Assembly (NCBI RefSeq): GCF_009834535.1
Contig: NC_045701.1
Coordinates: 76,818,001 to 76,882,000, forward strand
DNA length: 64,000 nt
Source: Camelus ferus
Taxonomy: Eukaryota
Reading direction: 5' to 3'
The notes under the pieces are model-generated. The model was not told where the DNA came from. It ran no database searches and was given only the letters and a program-made list of their open reading frames with translations. This document shows, one piece after another, positions 37,266 through 51,473 of this stretch (position 1 is the stretch's first letter; every line of letters starts with the position of its first letter). A program made the position numbers and the translations under genes.

Positions 37266-38239
37266 CACTCTCAAAAGTAGACTTAACTTAAAGGTAATAA
37301 AACTTAAACTTCATGGCCCCTCCTCTGTGCAGGACCTTTCCATCCATCTAGGGATTCACCAGACAGTAATCCAGCCGTGTGCTAGAAGCATAGAGTGCAG
37401 ACCGCACTATAATACACTCCAGAGGTGGACCTGAGACTGGGAATAAGGGGCAACATGTTGGCAGCACTACCTCTATAATTACCAAATCCAGAGCAACCCC
37501 TGCTCCTGGTTGACCTTGACAATATCTGGACTCTATCACTCATACCCAGGGGAAGGATCTGACAGCACCATGGTTCTTCTATCTGCTGGATGACCACTCT
37601 GACCCAGGCTTATCCAGCCCTAAGAGACTGGCCCTGTGGTAACAAATGTGGTTTGGAAGTAAGGAACCCCAGGAGGCAGAGATTAAGCCCAGATGAATGA
37701 GTGTTTGGGACACTGGTTTTCTCCAGGGATCGAGGGCAAGAGACTAAATAGGGCTGGAACTTCAGAGGGCTTCCATGCATGAGCAGGCACAGCCTCAGCA
37801 GGAACCACAGAGGAAGCTGTGAAATTGAAAGTTACTATTTACACTGTCAAAAATGAAAGACAAATTTTGTTCTAATAAGCTTGCACAAAAGGACAAGTTT
37901 TGATTTTTCAGTGAGAGAATGATCTTTCTGGTCTCTCTACCTTAAAATTGTTACATGAAGAGGTGATCAAGGAAAATGCTTTTAGACATGTAGAGAAAAA
38001 GCATCATAGAAGTGTATCAAGCAGCTAATAATAATAATGATGATGATTTATAAATTCTAAGACTTTGAAGATGCCTGTGTTATTTGTCAGCTTTTAAACA
38101 TTTGTAACGTCTTATTATGTGAGAGGGCCCCGCAACACCCACATCTACTCCTAGGCATTGCTGACACCTTATTCCAGATGTCCATCAACCTCTACACCTG
38201 ATCAACTCAGGAGCCTCTGAGCCTCCCCGATTCGCCCTG

Positions 38240-38895
38240 GCCCCCTCTCCAGTTAATTCACAAAACAGCAGTCAGAGTGCTCATTTTACACTGCAATCCA
38301 GGCCATTGCCCTCTTCTGCTTGAAAACTGCCAACCACTTCCTGTCTCTCAGAGTCAAGGCCAAAGTCCTTACACTGGCCTCAGTCGTGTCCCATTTAACT
38401 CTCTGATGTTGTCTGCCCTCTCTCTCCTCTTGCTCATTCCGCTTCACTCAGGTTGGTCTCTTTTCTGCTCTGAGAATGAGACACTTTCCTGCCCTGAGAA
38501 CTTGTTACATGAATCCCTCTTCCTGGAAGACTCTCCCTAATATCTCCCTCCATTCAGCCTTCCCCTGGTCTCTCTAGACTGCTTGTAAACAGCAGTGTCC
38601 CAGGGAGAACTTTCTGATCATCCTATTTAGAGTTGAGTCTTCGCCTTACATAGGGACAGCTTCGCCTTCTCTGCTCTGTTTTTCTGCACACCATTATCAT
38701 CTTCGAAAACACTCTAAAGTCAACTTACTTATTTCTTCATTGTTCTTCTCCTCTCATTGCTCCATAAAGGCAGGGATTTTTATCTGGTATGTTTACTACT
38801 ATTCTCTCTTCCAATATCTAGGCAATGCCTGGCACATAGTTGGCCCTCAATAAATGTTTTATTCATTCATGAATGAATAAATGGTTGAATGAATA
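38240..38895 (+). mobile_element. L2a 3' end
   Basis: ctgcttgaaaactgccaac and gcaatgcctggcacatagttggccctcaataaatg. Confidence 0.85.
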
Positions 38896-41800
38896 ATTTA
38901 TGTTTCCTGTATTCTTGCAGCTCAGAATTTAGAGACAGAAATATCTCTTCAATTATTGTATTGGTCCTAAGTGTAATAGTCATTAAAGATTTGTGACTGG
39001 GTGACTAACATCATGAGATATTTGTTTATAGAAGATGGTTATAGAGAAGTTACTGAAGATGGCATGTTTGGAGTCAGACTAGAGACAAGCAGACCAATTA
39101 TTTAGGAATAATGCAATAATGGTTTGCACTAAGATAACAGAAATGGATGCTACAGTGCTTGGCACTGAAAATTGATCCTGAAAACTTCATGAATGATTTT
39201 CTGGGTTTTTTTTTTCCTGTCTTTTCTATTTTTAATCCAGATATTTGACTTTGTGTAGGCAAATCCTAAATTTAAAACTGAATAACCAAAGGGTATCCGA
39301 TGACACCCAAATAATTTAAACCTAGCATTGGTGGGGTGACAGGCCTTCAGGATTTTTCTTCCAGATATGAAAAATTTAATAAATAAATACCAATTTGTTA
39401 CCAAAATTTTAACCTTTGAGGAATACCTACGGAGAACACCACCTTAGCATTCATCATTAAGGCACACCCGTCAATTCCATCTATTGTAAAACAGCAGAGC
39501 ATCTTATTACATGGGGAAGAAAAGAGAGGCAGTGGGAACAGTATTATATTTCTTTATCCTTGGTTCCTAATGTTTGTGGGCATCCCCTCCCCTCAAACTG
39601 AAGACAGCAAATTGCTCTTCACAGATAAAATCACACAAGAAGCCAGAGAAAAGGGGAAACAGATGGAGAGGGAGAAGGAGGGGGTGGAAAGAAACGGAAG
39701 GGAAACAAGCTGACACCTGTTTTCCAGCACAATGATCATTAAAGTTATCGCATGTTATGCCAGAAGCTTTATTTTAAATACCCTGTCTGCTACCTTCTGG
39801 GTTAAATAAATAGTTTTGAATATGCATCTCATTCAAATTACTTTCCATCACAGTCAGTGACTGCAGTTAAAGTTACAGTACTAAGAATCTGTGAGTTCTT
39901 CCAGAAAAACAATGAAGAAGTTTTCCTTTTAAGAATGCTATCCGCATCTTGTTAATTCTGGAACATCCCTTGTTCCTGCATATAAAGTCATTATATTTGG
40001 TACTTTAATAAATGCTCCCTGATAGGGCAAATTGTTAGTATTCCAAAACCAGCATCATCATCAGCATCCATCGTGATCATCATCACCATCTTTACATAAG
40101 AAAGGGAAGCATCAGTTAGGATAGACAATAATTTGATAGAGCAGCACTGGTACCAAGAAGATTTGTCACCATGAGACTAGAGATTAATCTTCAAATGGAA
40201 ATTGCTGGATATATAAGCCATACTTACATCAACTAAATTTTTTAAACAAACAAACAAATTAGTGTATTGTGCTGATTCAGCTATTTCTAGAAATATATAT
40301 CAGTGCTGGTAATTACAAAGTCCACTTATATATAGCAAGGATTTTTTTGCAATTAGTTTGTATTGATTAGTAAATATTCATATGCTTTGCTGTTATTACA
40401 ATAACTGTTATATGAACCTAATAATCGATGCTGAGCACTGCAATCGGATTCTATTTTCTCTTGACATTTGTATGTTTGTTGCAATAAACATACTGATGAT
40501 CTGGAAATGTTAAGTTCTTACTGTGCTAACACTTGTTTCTAAACTAAATAGTTTGTTGCTATAATCTGTAGCTATAGAATTTATTATAGATTCTTAGTAT
40601 AACTGTTCATTTTTAGGATATTGATAAATGTACATTTAATTTAAAAAAGCATATTCTCAGGTGAAAATGAACAATACTGTAAGAGTATGTTACTATGATA
40701 TAAAGACCTGTAGTCAACCCCATTACTATTTCTTATTAACTGTACAAATTTACTTAATTGAGTTAACACCAGTGTCCTCACATACATAATGGGAATAATG
40801 TTTTGGTAATTACATAATTACTATCCACCCACCCCCTCCTCTGTAAAGAAAACAATTATAAAATCTGGACATAATACCAAAAACAGTACACTGGCCAGTG
40901 ATCAGCAGCAGACAGACGCTGGTGGGGAGCACCTGCACTAGGAGAAGGAGAATCATATAAACAGAATTCCTGTGATTTCGGCCTGGGGCCAAGGATACTG
41001 AGCATGGTAGGAGCAGAATGTGCGCTGGTGGTGGTAGACTAACTGAGGTATTTTGACCTAGAAGATGAGAAAAGTGAAGCCAGGGAAGCTATGGCTACTG
41101 AGAGAGCAGGGTATTCCTGGCAGGTGATCGTACACTCTATCATGAACCCCTGAACCTCACATACCTGGTGCACACTCAAAGCATCTGAACTAAAGACAAA
41201 AGACTGGGTCTGAGATGGGCTTCCACCCAGGAAACAGAGTTTAGACTTGAAGTCTATCTAATAACGTCCTGTTAAAGCAGGAGAAGCAATACTAGTCAGA
41301 GAAAATAACAGATTCTGCACAGAGTGCAGTTAGAAATTACCCAATATGTAAGAGGAATCAGGAAAATGGAACACTTTTCAAGAGAAAACTGACTCTGAAA
41401 TGACCTAGATGTTGGAACTAGTAAACAAGAGTTTTAAAGTGGCTATTACAGTTCACCTCGAAGAAGTAAAGCAGGGATACTCACATTAATGAAAAATACA
41501 GGAAGTCTCAGCAGAGTAATAGTGGCAATATAATATAAAAGAAATAAGTGGAAATTCTACAACCATAAAAGACATACATGAAATTAAAATTTTACTGAGT
41601 GGATTTAACAACTGAATGGAAATGGTAGATAAAAGATTTCAGTGAACTTGAAGATAAAATTTTTAAAAATTATCTAATGTGAAGAAAAGAAAGATAAAGA
41701 TTGTAAAAAAAGAACTAATGGAGCTTCAGAGACTTTTTAGTTATATCAAATAGTTTAACATGCATGTCTTTGGAGTCCTAGAAGGAAAGGAGAAATAGAA

Positions 41801-42452
41801 TGAACCAAAAGAAAAATTAAGAATTAATAGTTCAGGATTTCCTAAATATGATTAAAGACAGAAATTTCCACATACATTTAAAAAAGGCAGAAAAACACCA
41901 AAAAAGTTGTGCCTCATCACATCACAGCAAAACTGTTGAAAGCTCCTCTCCCAACCCCTCCCAAAAAGGCCAAATCTTGAAGTCAGCAAGAGAAGTGGCA
42001 CATTACATAAAGTGCATAAATGGGATTGATGATTTGATTAATAATTGGCTTCTCATCAGAAATATGTATATTAATAAATATGTATACATAACCACTGCAT
42101 CATAAATAATGAGGAACATAAACCTACATGGTTGCAAGTTTTGCATAGTTTACATGAAATGGTACATGTAATCTCTAGTGCAAACAGTAAAATTCATAAG
42201 AGAAGCAGAGCTAAATGTTAATGGAGATTAAAATGATATTCTAAAGAAAATGTCAAATAATTTTAAAAAGGCAGAAAAAGAGTAACAAAAATGGGGAGAC
42301 AGAAAAAAGTAATAAAAGGGTAGGGCTGCTCCCAAACATTTATATTAAACATTCACAGGCAAAAACTGCAATTAAATGTAGGAATTGTCAGTATGCAGTA
42401 GAGAACAAAAAACAAGATCTGAAAACATGCTTTCTATAAGAAAACCACTTTA

Positions 42453-45423
42453 CAGGTGGGCCAGGGTGGCAGAGTAGGAAGGCCCCGTGCTCACAACTTC
42501 CCACAGGCACATAAAAATTGAATGTATTTACAGAGCAGTTTTCTATGAGAATGACCTGAAGACAAGCAGAAAAGATTTTCCACAACTAAAGATATAAAGA
42601 AGGAATCACAGTGAATTGAGTAGGAGGGGTGGAGATGTGGTCTAGTCAAGACTAATACCCCCGGGAAAGCAGCTCACAAACAGAAGGAAAATTGCAGAGA
42701 TATTCCTCAAGGAGCAAAGGGTTCATGCCCCATATCAGGCTCCCCAGCCTGGGGATCCTATAACTAGGAAGATAAGCTCTGGGAACATCTGGCTTTGAAG
42801 GCCAGAAGAGCTTACATATGGGAGAGGCTGTAAGAAACAGAGACTCTGCTCTTAGAGGGCGCACACAAAATCTCACACACTGCAAGTCCCAGCATGGGGG
42901 AGTAATGTGGAAGAGCCTGAGTCAGACCCACTTGCTGATTTGGACAGCCTCCCAAAGGGGCAGGAAGTAATTGGGACTCTTCCAGTGACATAGACACTGG
43001 AAGTAGCCATTTGGGGGAGCTCATTCTACCATGAAGACTCTGGTGCTAGCAAGCAGCATTCTGCAGTCCTCTCCCTAGCTTATTAGCATCAGGGCCTTAC
43101 CTGACTCCAGCCCTGGGATCCCCCTGGCCACACAGTCAGTGGTACCAGGACCCAGCTCTATGCACCGGAAGACCAGCAGCCACCACATGAGTCAAGGTTC
43201 TGCATCCAACTGGGTGAAGATCAGCCCACCTACCAGTGTACCCAGAGTAGTCAGCCTGGCCACAACAGGAGGGCCCATGTAGCCCACATTGGGGGCACCC
43301 CTATAACATATAGCTCTGGTGACCAGAATGAAATATACTGCTGGGCCCCATAGGATGTCTTCTACATAAGGCCACTTGCCCAAGATCACAAAACATAACC
43401 AGCCTACCTAATACATAGAAATAAAAACAAAGAATTAAACAAAATGAGGAGACAGAGGATTATGTTCCAAATGAAGGAAAAAGACAAAACCCTAGAAGGA
43501 AAATTAAGTGAAGTGGAGATAGTCAACTTGATAAATAGTTCAAGATAATGATCATAAAGATGCTCAACAAACTCAAGAGGAGAATGGATGAACACAGTGG
43601 GAAATTTAACAAAGAGAAGACATAAACAAGGACCAAACAGAGCTGAAAAATATAATATCTGAAATAATAAAAACACCAGAAGGACTCAACAGTAGGCTAG
43701 ACATTACAGAGGAGAAAACCCGTCAACTGGAATACAGAGTAGTGGAAATCACCCAAACTGAACAGAAGAGAGGAAAATAATAATTTAAAAAAAGAGGATA
43801 ATGTAAGAGACCTCTGGGACAACATCAAATGCATTGACATTTGCATTTATAGGGACCCCAGAGAAAGAGAGAGAGAGAAGGGGGCAGATAACTTATTTGA
43901 AGAAATAATAGCTGAAAACTTGCCTAGCCTGGGAAAGGAAACAGTCATCCAGGTCAAGGAGGCTCAGAGAGTTCCAAACAAGATGAACTCAAAGAGGTCC
44001 ACAAAAAGACGCACTGTAATTAAAATGGCCAAAATTTTAAAAAAAAAAAAAAAAAATGAAGACAGAACCTTAAAAGCAGCAAGAGAAAAGCACCTAGTTT
44101 TGTATAAAGGGACTCCCATAAGACCATGAGCTGACTTTTCAGCAGAAACTTTGCAGGCCAGACGGGAGTGGCACAATATGCTCAAAGTGACCAAAGGAAA
44201 CAAAATATGAAACCAAGACTGTTCTAGTCAGCAAGGCTGTTACTCAGATTTGAGGGAGAGAGAGTGAATTTTAAAGACAAGCAAAAGCTGAAGGAGTTCA
44301 GTACCCACTGCTTTACAACAAATGCTATAGAGGCTTCTTTAAGTGGAAAATAAAAGGCTACAAATACAAATACTAAAATTATGAAAGGAAAAGTCTCATT
44401 ATTCAAGGTACACATACATTAAAGGTAATAGATCAACCAATTAAAAAGCTAGTATGAAGGTTAAAGGATGAAAGCAGTAAAATTATTTATATTCACTATA
44501 TACAGGTAAGGGATATACAAAACTGAAAGATGTAAAATATGATGTAAAAACATTAAACATACAAGGGGAGTGAGAATGCAGGGTTGTAACAACATATATG
44601 CATATGTTGTTATAAATGAACCTCATGGAAACACGTTACCACAAATAACAATTGTTGGCTAAGATGTAGAGAAAAGGAAACCCTGGTGCACTGTTGGTAG
44701 GAATGTAAATGGTACAGCCACTATGGAAAATAGTCTAAAGATTCCTCAAGTAATTAAAAATAGAATTGCCATATGATCCAGGAATTCCACTTCTGGGTAT
44801 TTACTCGAAGAAAACGAAAACACTAATTTGAAAAGATACATGCACACCTCTATTCATTGCAGCATTATTTACAACAGCCAAGATTTGGAAGCAGCCTAAA
44901 TGTCCACTGACAGATGACTAACAAAAGAAGGTGATATGTAGAGTCAATGGAATATTAGTCAACCATAAAAACAATGAAATTTTGCCATTTGGGAAAACTT
45001 GGATGGATCTAGAAGGTGTTATGCTAAGTGAAATATGTCAGACAAAGACAGATACCTTATGAGTTCACTTAGAAAATCTAAAAAGCAAAAAAAAAAAAAA
45101 AAAAACCAAAAAACCCAAAAAAAACAACATACACAGACTCGTAGTTACAAAGAACAAGCTGATGGTTACCAGAGAGGAGGGGAGTGGGGTAATGAGTGAA
45201 ATAGGTGAGGGAGATTAAGAGGTACAAACTGTTATAAAATAAAAAAAGTCATGGGGATGTAATATGCAGCATAGGGAATACGGTCAAAAATATTATAATA
45301 ACTTTGTATGGTGACAGATGGTAATTAGGCTTATGGTGATCATTTCATAATATATAAAAATATCAAATCACTATATTGTACACCCGAAACTAATATAATA
45401 TTATAAGTCAAATATATTTGATT
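42453..45423 (+). mobile_element. Younger L1 (L1MA9-like 3' end) with 5'UTR and ORF1 but nearly all of ORF2 missing
   Basis: 5'UTR from 42453; ORF1 remnant at about 43443-44350 (SLGKETVIQVKEAQRVPNKMNSKR). At about 44641 the inter-ORF sequence joins the ORF2 C-terminus. TSD AAGAAAACCACTTTA (42438-42452) / AAGAAACACTTTA (45424-45436). Confidence 0.88.
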
Positions 45424-47265
45424 AAGAAACACTTTAAGTATTAAGACATAAACTAGATTTAAATTTAATGGGTGGAAAAATTATACTATGCAAGCAGTAA
45501 TCATAAAAAAGGCTGGGGTCACTCTCCTGATATCAAGTAAAATAAATTTTGAGGCCAAATGTAGTATTAAAGATAGAGGACCATTTCATAATAATAAAAA
45601 GAATAAATTGACCAGGAAGATATAGTAATCATAAACATGTAAGTGCCTAGTAACAGAGCTTCAATATAAGAAGTAAAAATTGAAAGAATCAAAGGGAGAA
45701 ACAGTTAATTCCACAATCATAAATGGATATTTTAACACCATTCTCTCAGCAATTGTTAGAAGAAATAGACAAAGAATCAGCAGACTTAGACTATCTGAAT
45801 AGTACTACAAACTAACTTGATTTAGATGTCCCTACTCCTTGATTTAAATGATACCCATATCCTCCCCAAAAGGCAACCTACATGTTTTTAAGTGCACGTG
45901 ATTTTAAAACTGGCCATACGTTGCTCTGTAAAAAAATCCGTAATAAATTTTAAAATTTTGAAATCACAGAGAAAATATTTTCTGACCAATATTAATGCAA
46001 TTAAGATCAATAGCAGAAAGATAGTTGGAAAACCCTAAATATTTGGAAAATAACGCACTTCTGAGTAAGTCAAAAGTTATAAATCAAAGAAGAAATCACT
46101 AAGAAACTTTGAATTGTGTTATAATAAAAAATTAAACAGAAAAAAATTAGTAGGGTGCAGCTAAGGCAGTACTAAAGAAAATTTATAATTTAAAACTTAT
46201 ATAGCAAAAAAAAAGGAAGGTCTAAAATAAGTGATCTGGGTTCACACTTTAAGTATTATAAAAAGAAGAAGAAATTAAATCCAAAATAAGTAGAGGGAAG
46301 AAGATAATAGAGGTAAGAGTAAAAAGCAATAAAATATAAAACAGAAACATAATAATGAAAATCAATACCTAAAAGCTGGATAGATTTATAAACCTCCAGA
46401 CAAACTTTTCAGTAATAAAGAAAAGAAACAAATTACCAATTAGAAGAAAAGGGGGCATTCATAAAGATTCTGTAAACATTAAAGATAATAGGAAATATTA
46501 CAAATAAATCTATGACACATTTGACAACCTAGATCGAATGATAAATCTATGTATAAATTGACTTTGAAATTTCATATTTCAATTTAAAAATTAAATTTGT
46601 AGTGAAAAGCTTTCCCTTAACTATAACTCCAGAACTAGATGTCTGTACTGGTGAATTCTTTCAATCTGTGAAGGAGTAGTACAAAACTTATACAAACTGT
46701 TTCAGTAATTTGTTTTGTTCTACCAATTTATTTTGTTCTACCAATATTATCCTGATTTAATAAAAAAAAATCAAAGACATTAGAATGACATAAAACTACA
46801 GACAAATAACATCCATGGACATCAAGTTTACAAAATTTTAGCAGTTGAGATTCAACAATTTATAAAACGAATAGATATATCATACTAACAGTGAATTTTA
46901 TCTAGAGAATCCAAATTCGGTTTACTATCAAAAAAATCAACCGATGAAATTAAAAAAATAAAGAAAACAATCGTTTCAATAAATACAGGAATATTTAACA
47001 AAATTCAACACTGACTCGTGATAAAAATGCTCATCAAATTGTAAATAAAGCTTCATAAATCTGATAAAAAGATATTTATAAACGAACAACCAAGAAACCC
47101 AAAACACTGCAACTAACATCCAGCTTAATGCTTTCGACTTTATATTAAGGAAAAAAAGCACAAGTGTATATTGTAAATGTTTTTGAGCTTTAGATTGAAA
47201 TAAGGTAGGATAAAAGATTGGGAAGGAATTACAACTGCAACATATTTGCAGACAATATGATCTTA

Positions 47266-47801
47266 TGTTTTAAATGTAGATTTTATTTTTAATTAGGTGT
47301 TGTGAGTCCAACAGATGTGGAGACAATTGCTATTAAAAACAAATCAGTTTATTACGCACAGTTCTCAAGAGGAGGGATGCGTGCCTTTGCGCTCAGGGCG
47401 ACACCAGAGAGCACAGGTTGGGTAAGGGCAGAAAGAGAAGGGAACTGAGTGGGAAGCCTTTATTGTGTTTTTCTGGGAGGGAGTAGGCCAAGCAAGATTA
47501 GAATTGGCTAGTCTGAATAATTTCAGAGGGCTCAGGGAAACTGCGGTATCTCCTAGTTGTTTGCTATCAGGCCCTGGGGTGATAAGGGCAGAGGAATAGT
47601 GTCCTGGAGTCTGTCTAATAAAGGAGGCTGTTGGGTAGTGGGCTCAGGATTGTTTAGTCTGCACTTGAAAAGCTTGCTCAGAGGCAAGTCATTGGCTCTC
47701 TTTAGAATCTGCTAACACTGGCAGAGGCAGTCTCTCCCAGGTCAGTGAGGTTCTGGATGTCAAAGCATCAAATTCAGAATCTAGCAAACATGATTAGTAT
47801 A
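47266..47801 (-). mobile_element. MER21C/MER77-like ERVL solo LTR inserted in L1 ORF2
   Basis: tgttttaaatgtag, cacagttctcaagaggaggg, ggccctggggtgataagggcag and ggatgtcaaagcatca follow that consensus in antisense. Confidence 0.8.
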
Positions 47802-49777
47802 TATTGTTTATATAAAATCCTAAAGAACTTAAAAAAAAAAAACCCTACTAGAATTAATACATTAATTTAATAAGATTATAGAGTAAAAGTACAAGGTACG
47901 AAAATCAATTGTGTGTGTGTGAACAAGAAGCAAGTAGAACATTAAATAAAACTGCAATTTCATTTAAAATAGCAAAATATATATATAAGAAATACTTTAA
48001 TAAATGGTATACAAGATACTGAAAATTTAGTGCATTACAAAGGGAAACTAAAGAAGACCTTAACAAATGCAGAGATGTACAGTGTTTATGAATCGATACA
48101 TCCCGTGTTATTAATACTGCAGTTCTCTTCAAATTGATATATAGATGCAATGTAATCTAAATCAAAATTATAATGACTTTTATTTTCAAGAAATTCACAT
48201 GTTGATTCTAAAATAACTAATGACATAGGTCTAAAAAGCCCAAAACTATTTAAAAAAGGGAAAATATAAGAAAGCATACTACCTGATTTCAAGGTTTGCT
48301 ATGAAACTATAGTAAATCAGATTGTGTAGTGTTAGCATACAGATAGACATATAGCTCATGTAAGCAGAATACAGTAGACCTACTCATATAGAGATAATTG
48401 ATTTTCAATTAAATCCCCAAGTAATTAAATGAGAAGACATAGTCCTTTCAACAAATGATGCTAGAACAATTGAAAATCGGTAAGAATTTTTAAAAAGACA
48501 AAGAAGCTCTCTACTTTTACCTAACACCATACATAATTAGAAACTGCAAAAGTACACTTACTGAAGTATTTCAGTGGTTGCCTGGGACGAGGAGCCCTAG
48601 GAGAAGGCTGACTACAGAGGGACTCAAGGGAAGTTTTTAGGGTGATGGAAATTTTCTGTACCTTGATGATATTGGTATTATTCAAAAAATTTCATCCAAA
48701 TTTTACACTTTAAATGAGTAAACATTATTGTATATGAATTATATCTCAATAAAGATGGATAAAAATGGAAATAATCATGTCTTAGAATACTTCTAAAATT
48801 CACAAATTAAATAATGCACATAAAAGTCCTTAAATTATAAATTACAGGTTCAAGGTGCTCTTATTACTATATCAAAATATTGACTCCTTAATTAGGGAGA
48901 ATGTATCATTCACATAAATTGAATGCATTCTTTGTCATGTAGTTTACATACATTATCATATATTCTTGAAATGTCCATTGATTATTATACCATTTCTTAC
49001 AAACAAATTTACACAGTATAAATGATAGTGAAAAATCAAATGGGCAGTAAACTGCAGAACTCGAAGTGAAACATGTCTTTTTACTGTGAAGCTAAAAATC
49101 TTTTCTACTTTGTTGTTGTGCCTTTTGTATTAAAAGTTTATCAGTTAGCTTGAACAAAAATTTATACAAGTTTAGGCATTAAAGTTTTCATTTAGGCTTA
49201 AATTTATGCCATAATAATTGAAAGCTAATCTGATAAAGAGTGGTTTCTATATCTTCTATAAATTTTTGTGGTTTTTAATAGTTCATTCAATAATACATGA
49301 AATGATACAAAACAATTTCCTTCTTGAATTTAGAACAGAAATAGACTTGATGATCAGAAAAACATGTTTTTAATTTTAATCTGGGAATTAAATAATGCTT
49401 ATGGGGAGGATTTTGCCATTTAAAGCATATATGTAGATATATCTTTAATATATTTTAAATGTTATCATTGTCATTTTACCCCATGTGTTTTCTATTTTTA
49501 ACTTGGCTGACAGGAAATTTAAAACAAAGGTTAACATTCAGTTTTAACAACTCTTTAGTCCTAATTTAATGACACACAATTCATCCACATTACCTAATTA
49601 TGTACACATTTAATATTTGTCTTATATGTGATTTAACATTTTATGCCAATGCCAATACTTTTGAGGCAGTAAACTACAAACAATAGTAAAGTGAAAAAGA
49701 AAGTTAAAAAAAGTTTATAAAAAAAAGGTTCGTGTGTTTTTAGCTATTAAGTTTTGCTCTTAAAAATCAGCATTCAT

Positions 49778-49843
49778 GCTTCACCCTGTGTACACCAGAA
49801 ACTGACACAACATTGTAAACTGACTATACTTCAACTTAAAAAT
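49778..49843 (+). mobile_element. Ultra-short (66 bp) camelid-type L1 3' end with TSD
   Basis: tgtacaccagaaactgacacaacattgtaaactgactatacttcaa; exact 14-bp TSD AAATCAGCATTCAT at 49764-49777 and 49844-49857. Confidence 0.92.
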
Positions 49844-50563
49844 AAATCAGCATTCATTTTTTAGGTCAGGATCCCAAATCAGGCATCTGGCAGCAACAGC
49901 TTGTCATAAGATCTATTAAAATGAAAATGCCTATTAGGAATAACAGTAATCATTGAGAGTCTCTTCTGATATTGTATAGCAAAACAATGTACTTGTCTAC
50001 ACACATACAACCTTCCCCACGAACACTTGTGCAAACAATTTCAACCAAGTGAATCGTTGAAATCTTATTCATTCTATGTATTTAATTCAACTACTTAACA
50101 TATGTATATTATATAAGAAGCACACAAATCAAATTTCATGAAATGTAAAAAGAAGAGACATATAGGTATTAGCTATGGTCACTCTGTGACTTAGTGACAT
50201 TAGTTTCTAAGTAAAATATTTAGAGAAATGCGTGGAATTCTTCCCTATTTTATAGTTTGGAAATAAAAGTATAAAATTAAATATTGTGATACTAGAATAA
50301 CTTCCTGAGGAGAAATTTAATATATATTTCATCTACACATGATCATATACATGGAGATTATTGCTAATTTCATTGATACTATGGGTCATTTTCCCAAAGA
50401 ATCAGCCAGTATGTATTCATTGGTATGGCATTGGTAAACTCATAGAGTAGATACTCTGATTAAAAGAGAATATATGTACACACAAAGCTGATTTGGATTA
50501 TGTATTTATTATCAAGTAGTAGAGTAGAACTAATTCTTGACTATCTTCTATTCTATGCATTGT

Positions 50564-50822
50564 CTTTCTTTTTGTTTGTTTGTTTTGAATTTTTGTTTGT
50601 TTTTTATTGAAGTATAGTCAGTTACAATGTGTCAGTTTCTGGTCTAGAGCATAATGTCCCAGTCATGTGTGTGTGTGTGTATATATGTATTTGTTTTCAT
50701 ATTATTTTTCATTAAAAGTTATTACAAGATACTGAATATAGTTCCCTGTGCTATACAGAAGAAATTTGTTTTTTTTAGCTGTTTTTATATATAGTGGTTA
50801 ATATTTGCAAATCCTAAACTCT
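50564..50822 (-). mobile_element. Camelid-type L1 3' end with T-rich tail
   Basis: ttttattgaagtatagtcagttacaatgtgtcagtttctggt and gaatatagttccctgtgctatacagaagaaatttg. Confidence 0.9.
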
Positions 50823-51473
50823 TTAAATATTCTCATATCATACTCATGGGCCTAGCTAGAATTTCAAACATTATTTTTCAAATTTCAAAGCAAACATTTT
50901 GAGAACAAATAAAATATTTTTCTCTAAAATTGCACTGAGACGAATTTGATATTTTACTGGTTATACAGAATTGCAATTATGCACCATAGAATCATCATTA
51001 ACACTTGTCATTTCAGTGATGAAAACCAAAGTGAGGAAAAATAGTGTTCCCAGTAAAAAACAGCCAAACAAATCAGTTTTCACCTCCGCTCTGATGGAAA
51101 TGTATATATTGGTACTGACATCATTTGAGTGTTCTCAGGTCAAGCTCATGGATTTCTGGGGTGACCAATAGCATGAAGTTGTGCAGTGCACTCTGCATGT
51201 GGGTAATTATGACGTCATGAACCTCTCTGGAGAGATTACGGGTTGATGATGTATTTGGTCTTCTCTTGTGTGGCTTGTCATGGTATGTTCCCAGTCTGCT
51301 CAGGGAAATCTGTTATCACTGTAGAAGCTAATAATTCATGCCATCACCTATACCCTTTTGTTTAGAAAATATTGTTTGATGTGAAATTCGCTAGACAGTT
51401 TTCAGGTTGGCCATCTGATTGGTGATTGTTTACTTTTTCAGTTACCATATCAGACACAGCTTTGAACATGGAG

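Larger units (their letters stand above)
40900..48765 (+). mobile_element. Old near-full-length L1MC/MD-type LINE (decayed ORF1, ORF2 and 3' end), interrupted at 42453-45423 and 47266-47801
   Basis: Decayed ORF1 at 41.3-42 kb. The EN motif region (CLQETHF-like) is split at 42452/45424 and the RT motif tttgcagacaatatgat lies at about 47245. The 3' end cagtggttgcctggg and tatatctcaataaag lies at 48570-48755. Confidence 0.85.
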
